In this document: in pieces, positions 9,274 through 17,119 of the stretch
How positions within the stretch are numbered: the stretch's first letter is position 1
How the letters are laid out: every line of letters starts with the position of its first letter
Assembly (NCBI GenBank): GCA_040902005.1
Contig: JBBDYA010000013.1
Span: forward strand, 17,319-37,449
Source of the DNA: Gemmatimonadaceae bacterium
GTDB lineage: Bacteria; Gemmatimonadota; Gemmatimonadetes; Gemmatimonadales; Gemmatimonadaceae
Reading direction: 5' to 3'
Length of the DNA: 20,131 bases
Position numbers and translations under genes: made by a program
Notes under the pieces: model-generated
What the model saw: only the letters and a program-made list of their open reading frames with translations
Told to the model about the DNA's origin: nothing
The model's database searches: none

Positions 9274-9680
9274 TGGCCCAATTCCTCCAGCCGGATTTTT
9301 CCAAAGGCGATCCCAACACCCTTCGCGGCTACACCGCGGTACACGACCGCCCCGCGGCGTTCGAGGGCTCCGATGGCTACTCGTACAGTGTGGAGATCAT
9401 GGCGCAGCGCGACGGCGTGGACGACCGCGCGTGGGGCGCCTGGCTCTTCTTCGTGAAGTGGGCGCGCATGGGTGCCAGCGCGCCGGAGGGGCATCTCGAG
9501 TCAGACGAGCTGGCGCGCGCCGAGTCGGAGCGCGACGCGCTGGAGGCGGTCGGGAACATGACGCTCGCGGACGTGAAGCGGGTGCTCGACGATCTCATCG
9601 CGCGCGCGCCGGGCGGCGCGCCCAGGCGCAAATGGTGGGACGCGATGGCGGACGACGACGTGGGGACGGCGGGCGCGTGA
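9273..9680 (+). CDS. Hypothetical protein (135 aa, MAQFLQPDFS...)
   Basis: The ATG overlaps the upstream stop (TGATG) and its own stop overlaps the rsgA GTG (GTGA), so it exactly fills the gap. It is the 3' part of track ORF 8634..9680. Confidence 0.8.
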   Translation: MAQFLQPDFSKGDPNTLRGYTAVHDRPAAFEGSDGYSYSVEIMAQRDGVDDRAWGAWLFFVKWARMGASAPEGHLESDELARAESERDALEAVGNMTLADVKRVLDDLIARAPGGAPRRKWWDAMADDDVGTAGA

Positions 9681-10654
9681 CCGACCTCCTGGGCGTCGTC
9701 ACCAGCGGCACCGGCGGCGTGTGGCACGTGTTTGCCGACGATGGCGTGGAGTACGAGGCGGCGATGCGCGGGCGGCTGAAGAAGGTGGACTCGGGCAAAC
9801 GGGCCGACGGCAGCATGCGGCGGGACACGGTCGCCGCCTCCGCGCGGCGGCTGAAGCTCGCCGTGGGCGATCGCGTGCGGCTGGAGCGCGAGAGCAGCGA
9901 GCAACCGTGGGCGATCGCCGAGATCCTTCCGCGCAAGTCGCGGTTGGCCCGACGCGCGCCCGGCGGCGGCAAGGGCGAGCGTGTCCTGGCCGCGAACCTC
10001 GATCAGGCGATCATCATGTTCGCCGCGGCGAATCCGGAACCGCACCCGCGAATGCTGGACCGCTTTCTCGTGATCGCGGAGGCCAATGCGCTCGCGGCCC
10101 GCATCATCATCAACAAGGTCGAGCTCGTGGGCGAGGGCGCCGCGCGCGACCGCTTCGCCGTCTACGAGCGCGTGGGATATCCTGTGCACTACACCAGCGT
10201 GAAGGAGGGTCTCGGACTCGAGGTCGTGCGCGACGCGCTGGCCGGATGCGTCTCGGTGGTCAGCGGACCGTCCGGTGTGGGCAAGTCATCCCTGCTCAAC
10301 GCGCTCTTTCCCGGACTGGGCCTGCGAGTGGCAGAGGTCAGTCAATCCGTCAACAAGGGCCGGCACACGACGGTGGGCGCGTTCCTGCATCCACTGCCCG
10401 CGGCCGTCGGCGGCGCCGTGGTGGACACTCCCGGACTGCGCGAGATCGGCATGTGGGAGCTGCCAGTGGAAGAACTGGCTGATTGCTTTCCGGAATTCCG
10501 CGAGCCGCGTCAGCACTGCCGTTTCGCGGACTGCGCGCACACCGCGGAACCCGGGTGCGGCGTGCGATCGGCACTGGCGGAGGGGGCGATCGACGCGGCG
10601 CGCTACGACAGCTACGTGCGGCTCCGGGCCGAGATCGAGGACGAGACCGCCTAG
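9677..10654 (+). CDS. rsgA: Ribosome small subunit-dependent GTPase A
   Basis: OB domain (VGDRV), circularly permuted G motifs NKVE / GPSGVGKSS / GRHTT / DTPG, and the Zn finger CRFADCAHTAEPGC. GTG start at 9677. Confidence 0.95.
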   Translation: MTDLLGVVTSGTGGVWHVFADDGVEYEAAMRGRLKKVDSGKRADGSMRRDTVAASARRLKLAVGDRVRLERESSEQPWAIAEILPRKSRLARRAPGGGKGERVLAANLDQAIIMFAAANPEPHPRMLDRFLVIAEANALAARIIINKVELVGEGAARDRFAVYERVGYPVHYTSVKEGLGLEVVRDALAGCVSVVSGPSGVGKSSLLNALFPGLGLRVAEVSQSVNKGRHTTVGAFLHPLPAAVGGAVVDTPGLREIGMWELPVEELADCFPEFREPRQHCRFADCAHTAEPGCGVRSALAEGAIDAARYDSYVRLRAEIEDETA

Positions 10655-10701
10655 GGACGAACCGAAGTTGACGCGCGCGTGTCCGCAGTGAACGTTCATC
10701 C

Positions 10702-11643
10702 ATGCGATTCCTCCTGCTCCTGGGCATCCCCGCGCTGCTGGGCGCGCAGACGCCGGAACAACTCTTTCTGGATGGCCGCCTGGCGGATGCCCGGATCGCC
10801 TTCCAGGCGCGGCTGGCGCAGGACCGGAACGACGCGAACGCGATGTATCACCTCGGACGCATCGCGCACGCCGAGAACACGCTTGGCGAGGCAACCCGGT
10901 GGTTCGAGCGCGCCGTGAAGGGGGATGGCTCCAACGCGCTCTACCACCTCTGGCTGGGCAACGCGCTGGGCGAAGGCGCGAGCAGCGCGAGCAAGGTGCG
11001 GCAGCCCTTCATCGCGCGGCGGGTCAAGTCCGAGTTCGAGAAGGCCGTGCAGCTCGATCCCACGCTGGTGGCGGCGCGCATGGGACTCGTCGACTTCTAC
11101 AGCGTTGCGCCGGGCTTCATGGGCGGCAGCATGGACAAGGCGCGCGAGCAGGCCAGCGTGATCGTCACGCTCAATGCCATGCGCGGGCATCTGGCGTACG
11201 CCCGGCTGGCGCAGCGCGCCAGCGATCCGGCGGCCGAGGAAGTCGCGTATGGCGCCGCGATCGCGGCCGCGCCGGACAGCACGCAGCCCTACTACGCGCT
11301 TGGCGCGATGCTGCGAAGACAACAGCGGTGGGACGAGGCCTTCGCGGCCTACGATCGGCTGATCGTGGCGCGGCCGGACGACGTCACGGCGCGCGCGCTC
11401 TGGGGCATCACCGCAGGCCAGAGCGGCATGCACCTGGAGCGTGGGGAACGAGAGCTGAAATTCTATCTCGCCAACCTGCCGGCAAACGCCGCACCGGTCA
11501 CCATTTCGGCGGTGCATTATCGCATGGGTCAGATCTATGTGGCCACCGGACGCCAGCCACTGGCGCGGGTCGAGTATCAGGCGGCGCTCAACGCCAATCC
11601 GCGCAACGGGCCCGCGAAGGCCGCGCTGGACTCGCTCAGGTAG
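10702..11643 (+). CDS. Exported tetratricopeptide repeat protein
   Basis: Short signal peptide (MRFLLLLGIPALLGA-Q) and several TPR-like units (AMYHLG, YHLWLG, PYYALG, VHYRMG...YQAALNANP). Confidence 0.85.
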   Translation: MRFLLLLGIPALLGAQTPEQLFLDGRLADARIAFQARLAQDRNDANAMYHLGRIAHAENTLGEATRWFERAVKGDGSNALYHLWLGNALGEGASSASKVRQPFIARRVKSEFEKAVQLDPTLVAARMGLVDFYSVAPGFMGGSMDKAREQASVIVTLNAMRGHLAYARLAQRASDPAAEEVAYGAAIAAAPDSTQPYYALGAMLRRQQRWDEAFAAYDRLIVARPDDVTARALWGITAGQSGMHLERGERELKFYLANLPANAAPVTISAVHYRMGQIYVATGRQPLARVEYQAALNANPRNGPAKAALDSLR

Positions 11644-11653
11644 GAGCGGCGAT

Positions 11654-12397
11654 TCAGCCCTGCTCGCCCGCCATGGCAATCACGCGGGAGAGCCGGTCGG
11701 CGGCGTGCCGCCAATTGGTCTGCAGCGCTACCTCTGCGTCCCGCTCGCGCCCCTGTTCGATGGCGTCGATGATGGCATCGTGCTCATCGGCGGATGACCG
11801 GGTGTCGCCCGTGAGCATGTTGAGGTACATGCGGATGTAGCGCTCCGCCTGTGGCTTCACGGCGTCATGCAGCGCCAGCAGCCGCGGACCGATCGAGGCC
11901 TCCACCAGGCGCCGATGCAGCTTTTCGTCCGCCTCGTACAGCCGGCCGTGATCCGCGGGCGCGCGGCCGGCGCTCGTGAACTCCTGATTCAGGGCCCGCA
12001 GATCCTTGACCAGGGCGGCGCGCCGGGCGTGATCGAGCTCCGCAGAGCGCCGCGCGCCCAGCCCCTCCAGCGCGCCGACGATGTCCAGCAGCTCATGCAC
12101 GTCTCCCCGCGTGAGTGGAGCCACGGTCAGGCGCGACTGCTGCGCGCCGGGCGCGCCATGCACGTATCCCTCCTGCTGCAACCGCTGAAGCGCCTCCCGC
12201 ACGGGCGTCCGGCTGACCCCCAGGCGACCGGCGATTTCGGTCTCGACGATGCGGCTGCCGGGCGCGAGGGATCCCTGAACGATGAGGTCCCGGAGCCGCG
12301 CATAGACCTGTTCGGGGCGGGACCCGTGCGGTGCCGACGACAGCGCGCCGGCGCGCACCGTCTTCTGCCTTCGGGGTCGGGGCGAGCGCGCGGGCAT
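11654..12397 (-). CDS. GntR family transcriptional regulator (wHTH + FCD domain)
   Basis: VYARLRDLIVQG..PGSRI.E..IA..LGVSRTPVREALQRL winged HTH; FCD-type DEKLH and EHDAII motifs. Start chosen at ATG 12397. Confidence 0.9.
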   Translation of the reverse strand: MPARSPRPRRQKTVRAGALSSAPHGSRPEQVYARLRDLIVQGSLAPGSRIVETEIAGRLGVSRTPVREALQRLQQEGYVHGAPGAQQSRLTVAPLTRGDVHELLDIVGALEGLGARRSAELDHARRAALVKDLRALNQEFTSAGRAPADHGRLYEADEKLHRRLVEASIGPRLLALHDAVKPQAERYIRMYLNMLTGDTRSSADEHDAIIDAIEQGRERDAEVALQTNWRHAADRLSRVIAMAGEQG

Positions 12398-12416
12398 CAG
12401 CGGGCGTCGGTGGCAG

Positions 12417-12466
12417 GCATACGCCGAATATAGAATACGCGCGCCAGGTACGCGCCCCATTGTCAA
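12417..12466 (-). promoter_or_regulatory. Putative promoter/operator region of the GntR gene
   Basis: AT-rich patch with TATTCT/TATATT hexamers and G(A/C)ATA repeats. A perfect TTGACA is at 12466-12461, but it lies 23 bp from TATTCT, which is non-canonical spacing. Confidence 0.3.
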
Positions 12467-12511
12467 CCAGGACCCGGCGCAGGATCTTCCGGCGTTCACA
12501 CGTCGTTTCGC

Positions 12512-12970
12512 ATGCCCCTGCCCATGACATCCTTTCCGAGCGCGTCGGCCCTGGCCCGCATTGCGTCGATCGCGGTTGCGGCGCTTGCCGCCTGTGCATC
12601 GCCCGCGCGACCTCCGGACGTGGGCGTGGAGGTGTTCGCGGCGGACACCACCGAGCTGGCATTTCGGGTGATCGCCAGCGGCGGGCTGATCGTGGGGCTC
12701 CGCTCGGAGCGGTACTACATGCAGGGCGGCAGGACGCTGCGGCTGACCACCCCGATGGCGCTGGTGATCCGGGGCGCGGGAAGCGCGGTCATCACCGTCT
12801 CGGACACGTCGGACACGTCGGACACGTCGGACACGTCGGAACGCATCGTGGTCCAACCGGTCGGTGTCTCTCCCGACTCCGCGGAGCGGGCCGCTGTGGT
12901 GGGCCGGGTGATCAGGTTGACGCGCGGCGGCAGCGAAGCGCGCGTGATGATCGAGCTGGAGCGGCCGTGA
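12512..12970 (+). CDS. Hypothetical lipoprotein with an (SDT)4 repeat
   Basis: Hydrophobic N-terminus ending in the lipobox LAAC; the mature part looks beta-rich. Start may be 12512 or 12524. Confidence 0.65.
   Translation: MPLPMTSFPSASALARIASIAVAALAACASPARPPDVGVEVFAADTTELAFRVIASGGLIVGLRSERYYMQGGRTLRLTTPMALVIRGAGSAVITVSDTSDTSDTSDTSERIVVQPVGVSPDSAERAAVVGRVIRLTRGGSEARVMIELERP
12800..12840 (+). repeat. Perfect 9-bp tandem repeat (TCGGACACG)x4 plus a 5-bp partial copy
   Basis: Read directly from the sequence; in frame, encoding SDT-SDT-SDT-SDT-S. Confidence 0.95.
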
Positions 12971-12971
12971 A

Positions 12972-13436
12972 CTACTTGCCCATCAGGGCCGGCGAGAGGT
13001 GATCGCTCTCTGATTCGCTGGCCCGAGGCAGGGCTTTTGGCTCTGAGGAGCCCGACCCGCCTCCTTCGGCGCTTCCGCTGATCGGATGGATGTACAGCCG
13101 TCCCTGCACGACCCCACCCTCGTGGATCAGGATGGCCGCGGAGCGAATGTCCCCGGCCACGATGCCGGACGACTGCAGCTCGGTGCGCTGCTCGGCGTAG
13201 ATGTTACCCGTGACCGCTCCGCCGACGATGACCTCTCGGGCGCTGATGTCGCCCACCACCGATGAGCCCTCGCCGACGACAACAAGGTCGGCGCGCCGGA
13301 TGGTACCCTCGAGGCGTCCGTCGACGCGCAGGGCGCCATCGGTTTCAACATCTCCACTCACGGTGATGTGAGAGTCGAATGCCGAGAAATTCGTGCTTGG
13401 GATTGGCGACGTGTCGCGCCGGCTGAACAGGCTCAT
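12972..13436 (-). CDS. Bactofilin (polymer-forming cytoskeletal protein, CcmA/DUF583)
   Basis: Beta-helix repeats VSGDV / LRVDGRLEGTI / VVGDI / VGGAVTGNI / VAGDI / IHEGGVVQG, an N-terminal MSLFSRR membrane-targeting-like peptide, and GAGGAG immediately upstream. Confidence 0.9.
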   Translation of the reverse strand: MSLFSRRDTSPIPSTNFSAFDSHITVSGDVETDGALRVDGRLEGTIRRADLVVVGEGSSVVGDISAREVIVGGAVTGNIYAEQRTELQSSGIVAGDIRSAAILIHEGGVVQGRLYIHPISGSAEGGGSGSSEPKALPRASESESDHLSPALMGK

Positions 13437-13629
13437 GGCTCCTCGAAACGGCAGGCCCGCGGGGGTGGTCGAACTGCTCCAACATCGCGTCTGGACGTTG
13501 GTTGCGCCAGACGCAGATTACTAAGGTAGACGCCCCACCCCCCTATCGCGTAAACATCTGCTTCCCGGCAAGGAAAGTGATCCAGTGCACAATCGTGGAA
13601 CCGCAGATTTCGATTAGTTTAGCCTAACA

Positions 13630-14562
13630 ATGGGCCGCCAGACGCATCCGCCCGCTTCCGGAATACTCCCAGTGGCAGCAGAAGGGTCGCGGGGGGAACC
13701 CCGCTCGCGCTATCGCAGTCTCAGCGACCCCGAGAGTCTCAGGGAGTTCGCCCGAAACCTCGGCGAGGGGATCTACATCACGACGCCGGAAGGGCGAATC
13801 CTCGACGCCAACCCCGCGTTCCTCGAGGTCTTTGGCGTCCGATCGCTGGACGATTTTCGCGGGCTGAGCGCGTCCGACCTTTTCATGGATCCCCGGGAGC
13901 GCGAGCTGGAGATGGAGCTGCTGGAGCGCGACGGCCGGGTCAGGGAGTTCGAGTTCCAGATCAAGCGCCCGGATGGTGAGGTACGGTGGGTGCTGGACAC
14001 GAGCTATGTGCTGTCCGATCCGGAGACGAACGAGCGCTTCTGCCACGGCGTGCTCGTGGATATCACGGCGCGCAAGCGACTTGAAGCCGAGCTGATCGAG
14101 ATGAGCACGCATGACGCGCTCACCGGGTGCCTCAATCGCCGCTACCTCGATCAGCTCGACGAGGAATTCAAGCGAGATCCGGCGGCGCGCTGGGGGTGCA
14201 TCTTCGTGGACATCGATCACTTCAAGCGCTACAACGATGAGCACGGCCACCAGTCGGGCGATCGTGTGCTCGTCCGTCTGGCGCGGTTCCTCATGCGCCA
14301 CGTGCGCGCCGAGGAAGCCGTGGTGCGCGTGGGCGGAGACGAATTCGTGATCATCCTCACGGGGGCCGACATGAGCCGCACCGCGCGGGTATCCGAACGT
14401 CTCAAGAACTCGGCGCTGAAGTCGGCGCCGGTCGCATTCTCGATGGGGTTGGCGTCGCGCGAACCCGCCGAACCCCTGGTGCGGCTGCTGGATCGGGCCG
14501 ACCGCGGCCTGCTGAACGTCCGGGTGGAGCAACGAGTGGACGACCAGCGCGGCGCACGCTAG
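13630..14562 (+). CDS. PAS-domain diguanylate cyclase (PAS-PAC-GGDEF)
   Basis: PAS domain (GRILDANPAF ... KRPDGEVRWV ... DITARK), HDALTG, DIDHFKRYND.HGH..GD and an intact GGDEF. The exact start is uncertain. Confidence 0.92.
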   Translation: MGRQTHPPASGILPVAAEGSRGEPRSRYRSLSDPESLREFARNLGEGIYITTPEGRILDANPAFLEVFGVRSLDDFRGLSASDLFMDPRERELEMELLERDGRVREFEFQIKRPDGEVRWVLDTSYVLSDPETNERFCHGVLVDITARKRLEAELIEMSTHDALTGCLNRRYLDQLDEEFKRDPAARWGCIFVDIDHFKRYNDEHGHQSGDRVLVRLARFLMRHVRAEEAVVRVGGDEFVIILTGADMSRTARVSERLKNSALKSAPVAFSMGLASREPAEPLVRLLDRADRGLLNVRVEQRVDDQRGAR

Positions 14563-14571
14563 TCTGCCGCG

Positions 14572-15108
14572 TCAGGTCCTGGCGAGCCGATCGAAGTACT
14601 CCTTGCGGATCTTCGAGACCTTGGGCGCGACGACCGCCGAGCAATACGGCTGGCCCGGGTTCTTGTTGAAGTAGTCCTGGTGGTATTCCTCAGCGGGATA
14701 GAACACCGAAAACGGGACGACTTCCGTCACGATCGGGTCCTTCCACACCTGATTGGCTTCCAGGCCGGCGATGACTTCCCTGGCGGCCTGCTCCTGTTCC
14801 GGCGAGTGGGTCAGGATGATCGACCGATACTGGGTGCCCTCATCCCCCCCCTGCCGGTTCAGTGTGGTGGGGTCATGAATCGTGAAGAGCACTCCCAGCA
14901 GGTCGCGGTACGAGATGATGTTGGGATCGAAGCTGATCTGCACGACCTCGGCGTGTCCGGTGGCACCGCTGCACACCTGCTCGTAGGTGGGGTTGGCGCG
15001 CTTGCCGCCCGAGTACCCGCTCACGATCCGCTCGAGGCCGCGCAGCTGCTCGAACGCCGCGTGGAGACACCAGAAACATCCGCCGCCAAAGGTGGCCAGT
15101 TCGCTCAC
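14572..15108 (-). CDS. msrA: Peptide-methionine (S)-S-oxide reductase
   Basis: GGGCFWC, GYSGG, PTYEQVC, TGHAEVV, HDPTTLNRQG.D.GTQYRS, AEEYHQDY and PYC. GTG start at 15108 overlaps the msrB stop (GTGA). Confidence 0.95.
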   Translation of the reverse strand: MSELATFGGGCFWCLHAAFEQLRGLERIVSGYSGGKRANPTYEQVCSGATGHAEVVQISFDPNIISYRDLLGVLFTIHDPTTLNRQGGDEGTQYRSIILTHSPEQEQAAREVIAGLEANQVWKDPIVTEVVPFSVFYPAEEYHQDYFNKNPGQPYCSAVVAPKVSKIRKEYFDRLART

Positions 15109-15503
15109 TGCTGCTCCTCGAAGTTCAACGCGCAGGAGTTGAGACAGTATCGATTGCCCGTGGGCCCGGGGCCGTCCGGAAAGAGGTGCCCGAGGTGGGC
15201 GCCGCACTTCTTGCAAAGCACTTCGATGCGGCGCATGCCGAGGCTGTGGTCCTCCTCCGTTTCCACGCCGGCGCCGTCGAGTGGCGCCGTGAAACTGGGC
15301 CAACCCGTTCCTGAATCGAACTTGGTGTCCGACCCGAACAGCGGCTCATCGCATCCGATGCAGCGGTAGACACCCGCCTTCTTGTTGTCCCAGTACGCGC
15401 CGGTAAACGCGCGTTCCGTGCCCTTCTCGCGCGTGACATGGAACTGCTCGGGGGTCAGCTGTGTCTGCCACTCCTCCCTGGACTTTCTGATCTGGTCGCC
15501 CAT
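15105..15503 (-). CDS. msrB: Peptide-methionine (R)-S-oxide reductase (Zn-binding)
   Basis: GTERAF, two CxxC pairs, KFDSGTGWPSF, HLGHLFPDGP and RYCLNS. Confidence 0.96.
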   Translation of the reverse strand: MGDQIRKSREEWQTQLTPEQFHVTREKGTERAFTGAYWDNKKAGVYRCIGCDEPLFGSDTKFDSGTGWPSFTAPLDGAGVETEEDHSLGMRRIEVLCKKCGAHLGHLFPDGPGPTGNRYCLNSCALNFEEQQ

Positions 15504-15509
15504 GCGTGT

Positions 15510-15515
15510 AGTCTA
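15510..15515 (-). promoter_or_regulatory. Putative -10 element (TAGACT) of a leaderless msrBA transcript
   Basis: TAGACT-ACACGC-ATG: a TANNNT hexamer 6 nt upstream of the msrB start, with no SD. Confidence 0.5.
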
Positions 15516-15576
15516 GCCACCCTGTAAAGGTCGTTTGGGGCGGCATCCACATTGCGAACTCTTCCAGATCTCGGAT

Positions 15577-16458
15577 ATGCCAACTCAGGTCACCACTCCA
15601 TCAGTCACGCTGGAGCCGTCGAGCACGCTACGCGACCGGCTCGAGGAGCTTGAGGCGCGTTCCCAGGCCCGGGCACTCGCGGTTTCCGTGCACGACGCGG
15701 AAACCGGGCAGGACTTTCAATATCGGTCGGATCGCTGGTTCCACGCCGCCAGCACGATCAAGCTCGCGGTGCTGCTGGGGGTGTACGGGGCGATCCACCG
15801 GGGAACGCTGCTGCCGCAATCGCGGCTCCACATTCGCAACAAGTTCCGGAGCGCGTACGACGGCAGCTCCTTCCGCGTATTGTCGGAGCGCGACGCGGAC
15901 TCCGAGGTCCAGGCCGCCATCGGCAAGACCATGCGCATCAACGAGCTGGCGCGCCACATGATCGTCCGCAGCAGCAACCTGGCGACGAACCTGCTGCTGG
16001 ACCTGCTTGGCATCAGTTTTCTCCAGCGCGCGCTGGACCAGTATGAGCTCACGGGCATCGACCTGCGGCGCGGGGTGGAGGACGAGCTGGCGTTCGAGCA
16101 CGGCATCAGCAACCGCGTCACGGCGCAGGGGCTGGTGCAACTCCTGCGACTGATCGCGGAGGAGCGCGCCTTCACGCCGGAGCTGTCCCGGGCCATGCTC
16201 GGCATCCTGCACGACCAGGAATTTCGCAGCGGGATCCCCGCGGGGCTGCCCTCCGGCGCGCGGGTCGCGCACAAGACCGGCGAGATCTCCACCATCGCGC
16301 ACGATGCGGGCATCGTGTACCTGTCGAACCGGAAGCCGTACGTCGTCGCGATCCTCACCGAGTGGGACCCGAAGACCGCCGGACGCTCGCCGACGATCGC
16401 GGCCGCGTCGTACATGGTCCACGAGCAGCTGGCGAGCGGCCGGGATGACTATGAGTGA
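15577..16458 (+). CDS. Class A beta-lactamase-related serine hydrolase, apparently cytoplasmic
   Basis: SxxK (AASTIK), SxN (SSN) and HKTG motifs plus HDAGIV. The N-terminus is polar with no hydrophobic signal segment. Start chosen at ATG 15577. Confidence 0.88.
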   Translation: MPTQVTTPSVTLEPSSTLRDRLEELEARSQARALAVSVHDAETGQDFQYRSDRWFHAASTIKLAVLLGVYGAIHRGTLLPQSRLHIRNKFRSAYDGSSFRVLSERDADSEVQAAIGKTMRINELARHMIVRSSNLATNLLLDLLGISFLQRALDQYELTGIDLRRGVEDELAFEHGISNRVTAQGLVQLLRLIAEERAFTPELSRAMLGILHDQEFRSGIPAGLPSGARVAHKTGEISTIAHDAGIVYLSNRKPYVVAILTEWDPKTAGRSPTIAAASYMVHEQLASGRDDYE

Positions 16459-17119
16459 GGCCGCCGTGGCCGGCACGGCCCTGTATGGCGCCATGCACTC
16501 CAGCCTTCCGCTTCGCATCGTGGACGGGCGGCGCCTGGAGAAGCAGTTCCGCGACGTGCTGAAGCCCGGCGGCGTGCTGCACGACGCGCAGGGGCAGGCG
16601 CACACGCTGCCGCGCTACTTCTACGAAATACCGTCGTGGCAGACCGCGCTCGGCCTCCAGCTCACGGAGCACTTCGCGCTGTGGGAGTTCATCCACACGG
16701 ACGTGCATGAAGCGGCGCCCCTGCGCACGTTTCCTCGCTACGTGCCGTGCGCCATCACACTGCTGGCGCTGGCGCTGGAACGGTTCCGCGATGCCGCGGG
16801 AGCCATGGTGCACGTTGCCGCGAATGGCGGGTACCGATCGCCGGCGCACGCACTCACGCCGCAGGCCACGCCACACGCGTGGGCCAGCGCCGTGAACATC
16901 TACAGGATGGGCAACACCCTGCTGGACAGCAGTGAAGCGCTCGAGCACTACGCCCAGATCGCGGTGAAATCGATGCCGGGCGTGTACGTGCGCCCGTTCG
17001 GGAACCGGCCGGGCACGACGGACGATCACCTGCACCTGGACTTCGGCTACGTGGTGGCGGTGCCGCGCGGCGCGCCATTCGAGACGCACAGTCCCCGTCT
17101 GGAAGGGGAGTCCGCATGA
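16451..17119 (+). CDS. Peptidase M15A-like (Hedgehog/DD-peptidase Zn-binding fold) protein with a variant metal site
   Basis: LTEHFALWEF, GGYRSP, H-x6-N (HAWASAVN, normally H-x6-D) and DDHLHLD (HxH). It overlaps both neighbours. Start is 16451 or 16445; no signal peptide. Confidence 0.7.
   Translation: MSEAAVAGTALYGAMHSSLPLRIVDGRRLEKQFRDVLKPGGVLHDAQGQAHTLPRYFYEIPSWQTALGLQLTEHFALWEFIHTDVHEAAPLRTFPRYVPCAITLLALALERFRDAAGAMVHVAANGGYRSPAHALTPQATPHAWASAVNIYRMGNTLLDSSEALEHYAQIAVKSMPGVYVRPFGNRPGTTDDHLHLDFGYVVAVPRGAPFETHSPRLEGESA

Noticed and set aside
12800..12840. Tandem repeat as a CRISPR array
   Set aside because: The 9-bp units have no spacers, lie within a CDS, and there are no cas genes.
15061..15078. 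MsrA GCFWCLH (His where Glu is usual) as a sign of inactivation
   Set aside because: The catalytic Cys, the Tyr/Glu/Tyr residues and the recycling Cys motifs are all present, so it is most likely a tolerated variant.
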